Shown here piece by piece: positions 27,127 to 36,540 of a DNA stretch of 57,101 nt. The stretch covers positions 1-57,101 of the forward strand of contig CAYMNM010000001.1 in NCBI GenBank assembly GCA_964391795.1, given 5' to 3'. How positions within the stretch are numbered: position 1 is the stretch's first letter; each line of letters opens with the position of its first letter. Both the position numbers and the translations under genes were made by a program. The notes under the pieces were generated by a model. The model was not told where the DNA came from and did no database searches. It saw only the letters and a list, made by a program, of their open reading frames with translations. Source of the stretch: an uncultured Anaerolineaceae bacterium. GTDB taxonomy: Bacteria > Chloroflexota > Anaerolineae > Anaerolineales > Anaerolineaceae.

Positions 27127-27930
27127 ATGAAACCGTCCCCCGCAAGCGATGCTGCTTTGCGTCAAGGCCAATATAAGGATGCTACAAACCTTAACGCCCG
27201 CATCCTCATTCACCAGCACTTTTCCAGAGCCGCGGAATCCTGGGATGACTTTATTCTCCGCAACCTGCAACTTTCCACAGGGCAGACAGTCCTTGAGTTA
27301 GGGTGTGGAAACGCCAGCCAAACCCGGCACAACCGCTGGGCATATCCTGAATCCCTCCAGTATTACCTTGTGGATTTTTCCTTGGGTATGCTACAAGAGG
27401 CATTCTCAGAAATGCACGGAGATGCCCGGCTCTTCTTCACGGTTCAAGATGCCCAAGCCCTTGCATTTCCACCCAACAGCTTTGATCTAATTACTGCCAA
27501 TCATATGCTCTACCACGTCCCCGATATTGGGCTGGCCCTGCGTGAAATTCACCGTCTACTCAAGCCAGGCGGCCGTTTATTGGCCGCCACCAACGGCCAA
27601 GGCCACATGCAGGATCTCGATGAGCTTCTAGAAACTTTCGCGCCTAGCAGTCGCCGGCTGCACACTTTCCATTCCCGTTTCACGTTGGAAGGCGGCCCGG
27701 ATTTGGTAAAGGAAATTTTTGGCAACTGCAGTCTGCAGGCTTATACTTCTGACCTTTGGGTTACTCAAGCACAGCCACTAACGGATTACGTTTTATCACT
27801 GGAGGGGATCGAAACCAACACAATCCTTAGTAACGCGCGGGAATTGACATCCTACTTTCAGAAATTAATCGATGCAGAAGGTGGTATCAGAATCCGCAAA
27901 TCAAGCGGATTACTGGTGGCTGTGAAGTAA
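27127..27930 (+). CDS. Class I SAM-dependent methyltransferase
   Basis: Motif I VLELGCGNA, FDLITANHMLYHV, LKPGGRLL. Starts 8 nt after the C-S lyase stop. Confidence 0.8.
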   Translation: MKPSPASDAALRQGQYKDATNLNARILIHQHFSRAAESWDDFILRNLQLSTGQTVLELGCGNASQTRHNRWAYPESLQYYLVDFSLGMLQEAFSEMHGDARLFFTVQDAQALAFPPNSFDLITANHMLYHVPDIGLALREIHRLLKPGGRLLAATNGQGHMQDLDELLETFAPSSRRLHTFHSRFTLEGGPDLVKEIFGNCSLQAYTSDLWVTQAQPLTDYVLSLEGIETNTILSNARELTSYFQKLIDAEGGIRIRKSSGLLVAVK

Positions 27931-27944
27931 ATACCTCTCAACCC

Positions 27945-28787
27945 TTAGCCACGGAAGTAAGTTACAGCGACTACAATCAGGGCCAAAACTGCGCAGTAGG
28001 CCGCGAAAGGCAGCAATGACTTGCCTCGGAGGTAACCGATGAACCATCGTATCACAACGTAACCTACCACTCCCGCCAGAATAAATCCAACTACAACCAT
28101 TTCCACCATTTGACCAAGATTAGGCACTTCCAGCAGGTCTTTAACCCCTAGAATTCCAGCTGCCAACATGATCGGTATGGACATAAGGAAAGCGAAACGG
28201 GCTGCTCCCTGACGATCAATTTTGCGAAAAATGCCCCCGGAAATTGTCGCGCCTGATCTTGAAATACCAGGGAAGATGGAAAGCGCCTGGAATAAGCCCA
28301 CAACGATTGCGTCAACTCTTGTCATACTGCCAAGTGTTTTTCCCTTACCAGTTCGTACAACCTGCCGATGAAACATCTCAGCCGCAACGAGCAAAGCTGC
28401 CGTTCCAAACAGGAATACTGCAGTTAGAACAGGGCTGGAAAAAGCAGTCTCCACCTTGTCTTTCAGCAGCAATCCAGCCAAACCTGCCGGTATGGTAGCC
28501 AGAATCAGATACCAACCCAAACGGCTGTTCTCGTCCGCAAAGGGTTGACCTTGCTTAATCCCCTGAAACCAGGCCTTGATGATTTCTATCAGGTCTTTTC
28601 GAAAATAGAAGATTACGGCCGCCAAGGTACCCAACTGCACCAGAACATCAAAAACAAAGGCAAAATTCTGATCAAGATTCCATGAGGCTAAGTAAGGCAA
28701 GAGTACCAAATGGGCAGAAGAAGAAACTGGCAGAAACTCGGTTAATCCCTGCACGATCCCCAGAATGATGGCTTGGATAATTGTCAT
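27945..28787 (-). CDS. uppP: Undecaprenyl-diphosphate phosphatase
   Basis: GIVQGLTEFLPVSSSAHL and FPGISRSGATI are the BacA/UppP signatures. 280 aa, polytopic. Confidence 0.95.
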   Translation of the reverse strand: MTIIQAIILGIVQGLTEFLPVSSSAHLVLLPYLASWNLDQNFAFVFDVLVQLGTLAAVIFYFRKDLIEIIKAWFQGIKQGQPFADENSRLGWYLILATIPAGLAGLLLKDKVETAFSSPVLTAVFLFGTAALLVAAEMFHRQVVRTGKGKTLGSMTRVDAIVVGLFQALSIFPGISRSGATISGGIFRKIDRQGAARFAFLMSIPIMLAAGILGVKDLLEVPNLGQMVEMVVVGFILAGVVGYVVIRWFIGYLRGKSLLPFAAYCAVLALIVVAVTYFRG

Positions 28788-28791
28788 TTTT

Positions 28792-29934
<1,143 letters not shown>

Positions 29935-30045
29935 TTATGCCGCTAATTTCATCTATTACTGAATAAAAAAAAACATCTTTCTTACCTTTTATCAGCTAAG
30001 GGGGTCTTTACGGCCCCCAGTAACCTTTTCAAGTATAATTTTGTC

Positions 30046-30444
30046 ATGCAAACGCGTGAAAACCAGCTCAAATTCTGGCAATTTTTACCTGCCAGTCTCT
30101 TGTTTTTTCTTGCTGGAGGGGCAGGTCTCTTTTACACAATCACTGAAACAGTACCGCAAATTGGCCCGCGCTGGCTCTTTTTCTTCTGCCTGGTCATCGC
30201 TGTTGCTGGCCTGATGACGATGCCCATCTTCTTCCTCCACAGACGCTTCCCCTCCAAACCTGAAGTGGACGCGCTCCCAATTCTGCGCGAAGCAGTTTTT
30301 GTTGGCATTTATGTGGCCGGTTTGGTCTGGTTGCAGATTGGTCGGATGCTCTCGCCCAGTCTTGGCCTGATCTTGGCTATCGCCCTCATTCTGGCTGAGT
30401 TTGTAATCCGTCTTTGGGAACAAAGCACCTGGAAGCCCAACTGA
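30046..30444 (+). CDS. Small membrane protein (4 predicted TM helices), function unknown
   Basis: ORF with four hydrophobic stretches. TATAAT (30034-30039) lies 6 nt upstream of the ATG, and selA starts 7 nt after its stop. Confidence 0.55.
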   Translation: MQTRENQLKFWQFLPASLLFFLAGGAGLFYTITETVPQIGPRWLFFFCLVIAVAGLMTMPIFFLHRRFPSKPEVDALPILREAVFVGIYVAGLVWLQIGRMLSPSLGLILAIALILAEFVIRLWEQSTWKPN

Positions 30445-30451
30445 GCAACAA

Positions 30452-31804
30452 ATGTCTGATTTACGCGCTTTGCCCTCTGTCAATAAAGTACTCGAGCAGC
30501 CCCAGGTCCAAGCTCTCATCGGTCATTACGGCAGAGACCTGGTGACGGACCAAATCCGTAAACTGCAAGAATCCATTCGCCAATCTCAAGCCAAGCTTAC
30601 GCCTGATCTTCCATTCATACTGGATGAACTTGAAAACCTTCTTGGCCAATTCGACACCATTCGTACGCAAAAACTAATCAACGCAACCGGGGTGATATTA
30701 CACACCAATCTCGGCAGAGCCCCGCTCTGTAGAGCAGCCTTGGAAGCCATCACAACTCAAGTTTCCTCTTACCAGACGCTCGAATTCGACCTTGAAAGCG
30801 GTAAACGTGGTCATCGCGGCGAAGCTGCCGAAACCTTGCTCACGCATCTAAGTTCTGCTCAGGCAGCCTTGGTTGTTAACAATAATGCTTCTGCCATGCT
30901 GCTCACCCTCACCGCTCTGCTTAAAAACAAGCCCGTCGCCATTTCTCGCAGTGAAATGGTAGAAATTGGCGGTGGCTTTCGTATGCCGGAGGTATTCCGC
31001 CAATCCGGTGCCAAACTCATGGAAGTCGGCACAACCAATCGTGTCAGGTTGTCAGATTACCAGGAAGCCATCAACGAAGGAGCCAAGGCCTTATTAGCAG
31101 TCCATCCTTCAAATTACAAAATTACAGGTTTCACAGAATCTCCAGCTCTTGACGAAATCACCGCCCTTGCGAAATCCGCGGGCATTTTCTCCATTTATGA
31201 TTTGGGTTCCGGTGCGCTTCTGGATACCAGTCAATTTGGTCTGGCCCACGAACCAACTGTACAAGAAGCTCTGGCAGCAGGTTTTGACCTGGTTTGCTTC
31301 TCTGGGGATAAGCTACTCGGCGGTCCCCAATCTGGAATTGTCCTTGGCCGGGCAGACCTGGTTACAAAGCTTAAGAAACACCAGCTGATGCGCCCATTGC
31401 GGGCTGATAAGCTCTGCCTTGTTGCCCTTGAAGCCACGCTCAGGCAGTATCTTTACGGACGCGCGCCTACTGAAATACCAGTCTGGCAGATGCTCAGCCG
31501 CTCAGAACTTTCCATATGTAAGCAAGCCAAATACCTGCAATCACAACTTGGCGTAGGCGAACTAATACCCGGATTTTCCACCGTCGGCGGTGGTAGCTTG
31601 CCAGGTGAAACTCTGCCTACAACTTTGCTTAGTTTCTCTTCAATGCCACAAAGAATGCTTAAACTGCTTAGGCAGGCAAATCCAGCGGTTATTGGCCGGA
31701 TAGAAAACGATCGCCTGCTGATTGACCCACGTACAATCCAACCGGATGAAGAAGAAGCTTTACTGCTCGCGCTTCAAAAGGTATTAACCCAATTAAAGAG
31801 GTAA
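30452..31804 (+). CDS. selA: L-seryl-tRNA(Sec) selenium transferase
   Basis: N-terminal LRALPSVNKVLEQP, INATGVILHTNLGRAPL and PLP-lysine context FSGDKLLGGPQSG. 450 aa. Confidence 0.88.
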   Translation: MSDLRALPSVNKVLEQPQVQALIGHYGRDLVTDQIRKLQESIRQSQAKLTPDLPFILDELENLLGQFDTIRTQKLINATGVILHTNLGRAPLCRAALEAITTQVSSYQTLEFDLESGKRGHRGEAAETLLTHLSSAQAALVVNNNASAMLLTLTALLKNKPVAISRSEMVEIGGGFRMPEVFRQSGAKLMEVGTTNRVRLSDYQEAINEGAKALLAVHPSNYKITGFTESPALDEITALAKSAGIFSIYDLGSGALLDTSQFGLAHEPTVQEALAAGFDLVCFSGDKLLGGPQSGIVLGRADLVTKLKKHQLMRPLRADKLCLVALEATLRQYLYGRAPTEIPVWQMLSRSELSICKQAKYLQSQLGVGELIPGFSTVGGGSLPGETLPTTLLSFSSMPQRMLKLLRQANPAVIGRIENDRLLIDPRTIQPDEEEALLLALQKVLTQLKR

Positions 31805-31807
31805 TCA

Positions 31808-33043
31808 ATGCTTGAAAGACTGCAAATCCTGATGGAATCCGCTAACGCGGACGCCTTATGGGTCACTGGCCCCGCTCAACACAATCCCTCAATGGTTTAC
31901 TTCACAGGCATATGCCACCTGAGCGTTGCCGATTTTTTCCTGGTCAAAGGCAAAGAACCAGTCATTCTATGCGCTTCCATGGAACGTGAAGAAGCCGCAA
32001 AATCCGGGTTTAAGACGCTTTCTTATAGTAATTACGACATGCGACCCCTTCTACAGGAAACCGGTGGAGACAGAGCCAAGGCTGATGCTCTCAGGTACCT
32101 ACAAATATTCAAGGATATTGGGCTCGAAGCGGGTAAAGTGCTTGTCTACGGCAAAAAAGAAGTGGGGTCCATGGTCAGTCTTGTCCAGGGTTTGCACGCG
32201 CTCAATCCTTCGCTTGAATTTGCGGGAGATGCCCAGGATGCTGTAATCCTCGAAGCCCGTTCCCTCAAAACTCCAGCCGAGATCGAACACATCCGCCGCA
32301 TGGGCGAAATAACCACCCGTGTGGTGGGCAATACCCAGGATTTTCTGGCTTCCTCAAAATTGGATGGCGAAATCCTCGTCAAACCAGATGGAACTCCGCT
32401 AAAACTGGGTGAAGTCAAAGCCCAAATAAACCTTTGGTTGGCGGAATATGGCGCCGAGAACCCTGAAGACACGATTTTTGCCCTCGGACGCGATGCCGCC
32501 CTGCCGCATAGCATTGGCAATCCTGAAGACCTGATGTGCCTGGGGAAAACTATTGTCTTTGACATCTTCCCTTGCCAAAAAGGAGGCGGCTACTTTTACG
32601 ACTTTACCCGCACCTGGTCACTCGGTTACGCAAGCGATGAAACACAGGCAGCTTACAACCAGGTAAAACAGGTTTACGACACACTCACTGGAGAACTTGA
32701 GTTTGGCCGCAACCCCAATTACCTGCAACAGCGCACTTGTGATCTGTTTGAGGCTATGGGTCATGCCACCATCCGGCAAAACCCACGTATAGAGTCTGGA
32801 TACGTTCACGGGATCGGGCATGGCGTCGGCTTGGATGTGCATGAAAAACCGCGATTCGGTTTTGCGGATGACCCCAGCAACAACTTGCAGGTAGGTTCTG
32901 TATTTACCATTGAACCCGGGTTATACTATCCAGAAAAGGGATACGGCATCCGTTTGGAAGATACATGGTATTGCGATTCCAACGAGACTTTCCATAAATT
33001 TGTTGACTATCCCATGGAGCTGGTTGTCCCTGTGAAAGGCTGA
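31808..33043 (+). CDS. M24-family Xaa-Pro aminopeptidase/dipeptidase
   Basis: Pita-bread metal ligands: VFDIFPC...GGYFYDFTRT, HGIGHGVGLDVHE, FTIEPGLY, IRLEDT. Confidence 0.85.
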   Translation: MLERLQILMESANADALWVTGPAQHNPSMVYFTGICHLSVADFFLVKGKEPVILCASMEREEAAKSGFKTLSYSNYDMRPLLQETGGDRAKADALRYLQIFKDIGLEAGKVLVYGKKEVGSMVSLVQGLHALNPSLEFAGDAQDAVILEARSLKTPAEIEHIRRMGEITTRVVGNTQDFLASSKLDGEILVKPDGTPLKLGEVKAQINLWLAEYGAENPEDTIFALGRDAALPHSIGNPEDLMCLGKTIVFDIFPCQKGGGYFYDFTRTWSLGYASDETQAAYNQVKQVYDTLTGELEFGRNPNYLQQRTCDLFEAMGHATIRQNPRIESGYVHGIGHGVGLDVHEKPRFGFADDPSNNLQVGSVFTIEPGLYYPEKGYGIRLEDTWYCDSNETFHKFVDYPMELVVPVKG

Positions 33044-33047
33044 GGCC

Positions 33048-34100
33048 ATGAAAAAAGAAAACTTGCGGATTTTGGGTATCGAAAGTTCCTGTGATGAAAC
33101 TGCCGCTTCGGTAGTGGAATCAGGGCGTTTGATCCACTCCTCCGTAATCGCCAGCCAGGTGGATTTGCACGCGCAGTATGGCGGTGTTTACCCTGAATTG
33201 GCCTCCCGCGAGCATGTAAAAGCAATCTACGCGGTCACCAATGAAGCCCTCCAACAAGCACACATGCAAATACGGGATTTGGACGCCATCGCGGTGACCC
33301 GCGGTCCTGGTTTGGCAGGATCCCTGGTAGTAGGTGTCAACTTTGCCAAAGGGCTGGCAGTAGGCGCTAATCTGCCTCTCTACCCAATCAGCCACCTTGA
33401 GGGCCACATCTATGGTGCCTGGTGTAGCCCTGCGGACACCAAGCCCGGCCCTGAGCCCAAGTTTCCGTTGGTCGCCCTGCTGGTCTCTGGTGGCCATACC
33501 GAGCTCTTGTTGATGACCGGGCACAGACAATACCAATTGCTCGGTTCCACCGTGGATGACGCGGCTGGTGAAGCTTTTGACAAGGTTGCCAGGCTTCTCG
33601 AGCTCCCCTATCCAGGTGGGCCTTCTATTCAAAAAGCGGCGGTCGAAGGAAACCCCAAGGCCTTCAATTTCCCAAAAGCCAAGTTGGACTCGCCTTGGAA
33701 TTTCTCTTTTAGCGGTGTAAAGACAGCAGTCTTACGAGTGGTCAACGATCTCAAATCCAATGGGCGTCCGCTACCTGTGGCTGATATTGCGGCCTCATTC
33801 CAGGCATCAGTGGTCTCCGCTCTGTACGACAAAACCATCACTGCTGCAACTGAGTTTGGCGCAAAAGAAATTATTGTTGCCGGCGGTGTAAGCGCTAACA
33901 AAGCCCTGCGCGAAGCCTTCCGGTCTCAAACGAAATTCCGGGTACATATTCCGGCTCTCAGCCTTTGCACTGATAACGCGGCTATGATTGCCGCGGCAGC
34001 CTATCAACACATGGTCAGCGGTGACCCCGGTAACCTTGATTTTGACGTGCTGCCAAATTGGCCTTTGAACACACTGGTAAAAGCTGGAGTGATTAGCTAA
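33048..34100 (+). CDS. tsaD: tRNA N6-adenosine threonylcarbamoyltransferase
   Basis: ILGIESSCDETAA, HLEGHI, LLVSGGHT, VAGGVSAN (Kae1/Gcp family). Confidence 0.97.
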   Translation: MKKENLRILGIESSCDETAASVVESGRLIHSSVIASQVDLHAQYGGVYPELASREHVKAIYAVTNEALQQAHMQIRDLDAIAVTRGPGLAGSLVVGVNFAKGLAVGANLPLYPISHLEGHIYGAWCSPADTKPGPEPKFPLVALLVSGGHTELLLMTGHRQYQLLGSTVDDAAGEAFDKVARLLELPYPGGPSIQKAAVEGNPKAFNFPKAKLDSPWNFSFSGVKTAVLRVVNDLKSNGRPLPVADIAASFQASVVSALYDKTITAATEFGAKEIIVAGGVSANKALREAFRSQTKFRVHIPALSLCTDNAAMIAAAAYQHMVSGDPGNLDFDVLPNWPLNTLVKAGVIS

Positions 34101-34110
34101 AAGGTAAATC

Positions 34111-34335
34111 ATGAGACAAGTTGAGGCACCAGGCAAGAAGTACAAGCCAAGACCAAAACCGGTTCTCGTTACCAGGGAGGTTGACCCAAATCGTTGTAAA
34201 CCGACGCGGCCCGGCTTGGTGTTGATTTACGGTCAGGAATGCCCGTTTTGTAAAGAGGGACTTGCCTCTTACGACATAAACTTGAACTTGTACTGTCCCA
34301 CCTGCGGAAAGGTGCAGACAGGCACGTTTACCTGA
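34111..34335 (+). CDS. Small basic zinc-ribbon protein (CxxC...CxxC), function unknown
   Basis: 74-aa ORF 10 nt after tsaD on the same strand. CPFC (res 45-48) and CPTC (res 62-65). Weak SD (AAGG). Confidence 0.45.
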   Translation: MRQVEAPGKKYKPRPKPVLVTREVDPNRCKPTRPGLVLIYGQECPFCKEGLASYDINLNLYCPTCGKVQTGTFT

Positions 34336-34379
34336 TAAAACTCAAAGTCCAACCCGGTGGGTTGGAAGAAAGGAAGAAC

Positions 34380-34811
34380 ATGAAAACAAAAGTTGTCTGG
34401 AAAGAAAACATGCATCTCACAGGAACGGCAGATTCTGGTCACATTGTCCAGTTGGACAGTTCAGAACAAGGTGGGGGTCAAAATTTGGGTTTCCGCCCCA
34501 TGGAAATGGTCGCTATGGGGGTAGCAGGATGTTCCAGTATGGACGTCATATCCATTCTTAGAAAAATGAAAGTGGATTTTACCGGTTACGAGGTTGAAGT
34601 AGACGTCACCAGTGCCAAAGATTTTCCACGGGTTTTTACTGATATGCACTTTACGTATCGCGTAACCGGCCACAACATTCCAAGAGAAGACGTTGAAAAG
34701 GCCGTCAATCTCTCCGAAACGAAATACTGCCAGGGCATCGCCATGATGTCCAAATCTGCCAAAATCAGCCATACTATCGAAATCATTGAGGATGTCGGCG
34801 TTCCTTGCTAA
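34380..34811 (+). CDS. OsmC-family peroxiredoxin-like protein
   Basis: GFRPMEMVAMGVAGCSSMDV and ETKYCQG carry the two OsmC cysteines. ATG 34380 is preceded by GGAAGAAAGGAAG; the ORF-track start at 34362 is a TTG. Confidence 0.87.
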   Translation: MKTKVVWKENMHLTGTADSGHIVQLDSSEQGGGQNLGFRPMEMVAMGVAGCSSMDVISILRKMKVDFTGYEVEVDVTSAKDFPRVFTDMHFTYRVTGHNIPREDVEKAVNLSETKYCQGIAMMSKSAKISHTIEIIEDVGVPC

Positions 34812-34831
34812 ACATTAGCTGAATCCCAGTC

Positions 34832-34857
34832 GCCCGGTTAACCGCCGGGCTTTTTTT
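34832..34857 (+). terminator. Intrinsic terminator ending the membrane-protein-selA-pepP-tsaD-OsmC gene run
   Basis: GCCCGG-TTAACCG-CCGGGC followed by TTTTTTT. Confidence 0.8.
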
Positions 34858-34952
34858 ATTCCCATTCAGACCTGGCAAGTTATATCGCCAGGCAACTTAC
34901 AAAGCTCAAAAATCACATTTTCTCATTCTGGTAGAATCTGCTGCAGAGAAAA

Positions 34953-36464
34953 ATGCAAAAGAGAAGGCAGTTCACCTCTCAAACACTTGTCATTCTGGCC
35001 CTGATGCTGGTTTTGACGGCTTGTTCGCCAAAAAGCAAGTCATCTACGTCGGAATTGCTTGCTACTTCCGTCCAACAGACCCTTGAAGCTGCTGAGCTCT
35101 TTGCCACTCCTGAATTATCACCTACCCCAACCAAATCAATCCCTACTCCCACGATATTACCGAAACCCCAAAATCGCACCCACTACACGCTCGATCTCAC
35201 CCTCAATTACTACTCTCGCGTTGCGGATGTCAAAGAAACCATTACCTACACCAATCGCGGCCCCAATCCCTTATCAGAAATTGTTCTTGCCATCCCGCCC
35301 AAAAATTACCCGGATAGTTATCGGCAAAAAGTGCTTTCCGGGCCATTGGTCAAAAGCTTTTTTGAAGAAGGTCAGGTCACCCGGGTTGAGCTCAGTGCCC
35401 CTCTGGATATCGGTGCACAAACCGAAATCCACTTGGAATTTCGCCTTGTACTGCCTGTAAATGAAGGCACCTATGGTATCGCTCAGCGCCAAACCAACTT
35501 GTTCAATTGGTACCCTTACATTCCGCCTCACGATGCCGAAAAAGGTTGGATAGTTCACCCCATGGTCGTCATCAATGGCGAAGAAATCGGTGAGTATGTG
35601 GTCAACGAGGCCGCCGATTTTGATGTGCGCCTGAAGCTGACTGATCGTGCCAACCTGATCGAGGTAGCTGCTTCCGCGCCGGCTGCTGGAGAACCAAAGA
35701 GTGGCGATTATACCTACCACCTTGAGCAAGCGCGCTCTTTTGCTTTCTCAATTTGCGACTCCTACTTTGAGCAGGAGATTATCCATAATGGTGTGATCTT
35801 GCGGGCTTACCTCTTTTTCAACGAAGTAGACAAAGGCCAGCGCATCCTGCAGATTGCTTCCCAGGCACTCGACCTTTATGGCGAACTCTGGACCCCTTAT
35901 CCGCGCGAGATGCTTTCAATTGTCGCCGCAGACTTCCTGCACAATATGGAAATGGATGGCATGGTCATGCTCAGCTACGGCGTCATTGATAACGCCAATA
36001 TTGAGCGACAATCCATGTTGGATTACCTGGTGCCACACGAAATTTCACACCAATGGTTTTATAGCCTGGTGCACAACGATCAGGCAGCTGAACCCTGGTT
36101 GGATGAGGCTGTGGCCACTTATAGTGAGAGCTTGTTTTATGAGCGCTACTACCCGGACCTATTAGCCTGGTGGTGGACCAATCGAGTAGACAAGTACACC
36201 CTGGCAGGCTACGTTGATGCAACAATCTCAGAAAGCTCCGGTTACGACACCTACCGCGACGCGGTCTATTTGCGGGGTGCCCAATTCCTGCGTGACCTAC
36301 GTCAAACGGTTGGTGACCAGGTATTTTTTGAAAGTTTGAAAGGTTATTTTATTGCTAACTACAACCAAATCGGAACTTCTGAGAATTTCTTTGAGTTTTT
36401 CCGCGAAAATTCCGAACAGGATTTCGATCCCATAATCGGGCAATATTTCAAACGGCTACCTTAG
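34953..36464 (+). CDS. M1-family (gluzincin) metallopeptidase lipoprotein
   Basis: Signal LVLTAC. HEISHQWF followed 18 residues later by the E of WLDEAVATY (HExxH-18-E). Confidence 0.83.
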   Translation: MQKRRQFTSQTLVILALMLVLTACSPKSKSSTSELLATSVQQTLEAAELFATPELSPTPTKSIPTPTILPKPQNRTHYTLDLTLNYYSRVADVKETITYTNRGPNPLSEIVLAIPPKNYPDSYRQKVLSGPLVKSFFEEGQVTRVELSAPLDIGAQTEIHLEFRLVLPVNEGTYGIAQRQTNLFNWYPYIPPHDAEKGWIVHPMVVINGEEIGEYVVNEAADFDVRLKLTDRANLIEVAASAPAAGEPKSGDYTYHLEQARSFAFSICDSYFEQEIIHNGVILRAYLFFNEVDKGQRILQIASQALDLYGELWTPYPREMLSIVAADFLHNMEMDGMVMLSYGVIDNANIERQSMLDYLVPHEISHQWFYSLVHNDQAAEPWLDEAVATYSESLFYERYYPDLLAWWWTNRVDKYTLAGYVDATISESSGYDTYRDAVYLRGAQFLRDLRQTVGDQVFFESLKGYFIANYNQIGTSENFFEFFRENSEQDFDPIIGQYFKRLP

Positions 36465-36495
36465 TTTCTTGATAACTAAGTCACTTGTCGTTGAC

Positions 36496-36524
36496 TTGAC
36501 AGTCTGAAAAGCCGCAGTTATTAT
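36496..36524 (+). promoter_or_regulatory. Sigma-70-like promoter for the LysM/M23 gene
   Basis: TTGACA (36496-36501), 17-nt spacer, TATTAT (36519-36524). GGAG at 36532-36535 precedes ATG 36541. Confidence 0.55.
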
Positions 36525-36540
36525 GCGGTACGGAGAAAAA

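Noticed and set aside
29981-30020. GC hairpin plus A-rich tail on the minus strand upstream of tgt (CUGGGGGCCGUAAAGACCCCCUUAGCUGAUAAAAGG). It superficially resembles a preQ1-I riboswitch; compare the Thermoanaerobacter aptamer CUGGGUCGCAGUAACCCCAGUUAACAAAACAAGG (from memory).
   Set aside because: The unpaired C next to the 3' strand of P1 that recognises preQ1 is missing (an A is there instead). The tail is interrupted by GCUG. The AAGG is not the tgt SD, since the element sits about 75-110 nt upstream of the ATG. No terminator follows. It would still be cheap to test with cmscan RF00522.
33120-34145. Antisense ORFs of 170, 90 and 112 aa inside tsaD.
   Set aside because: They are shadows of a strongly supported tsaD frame, with no independent motifs or initiation signals.
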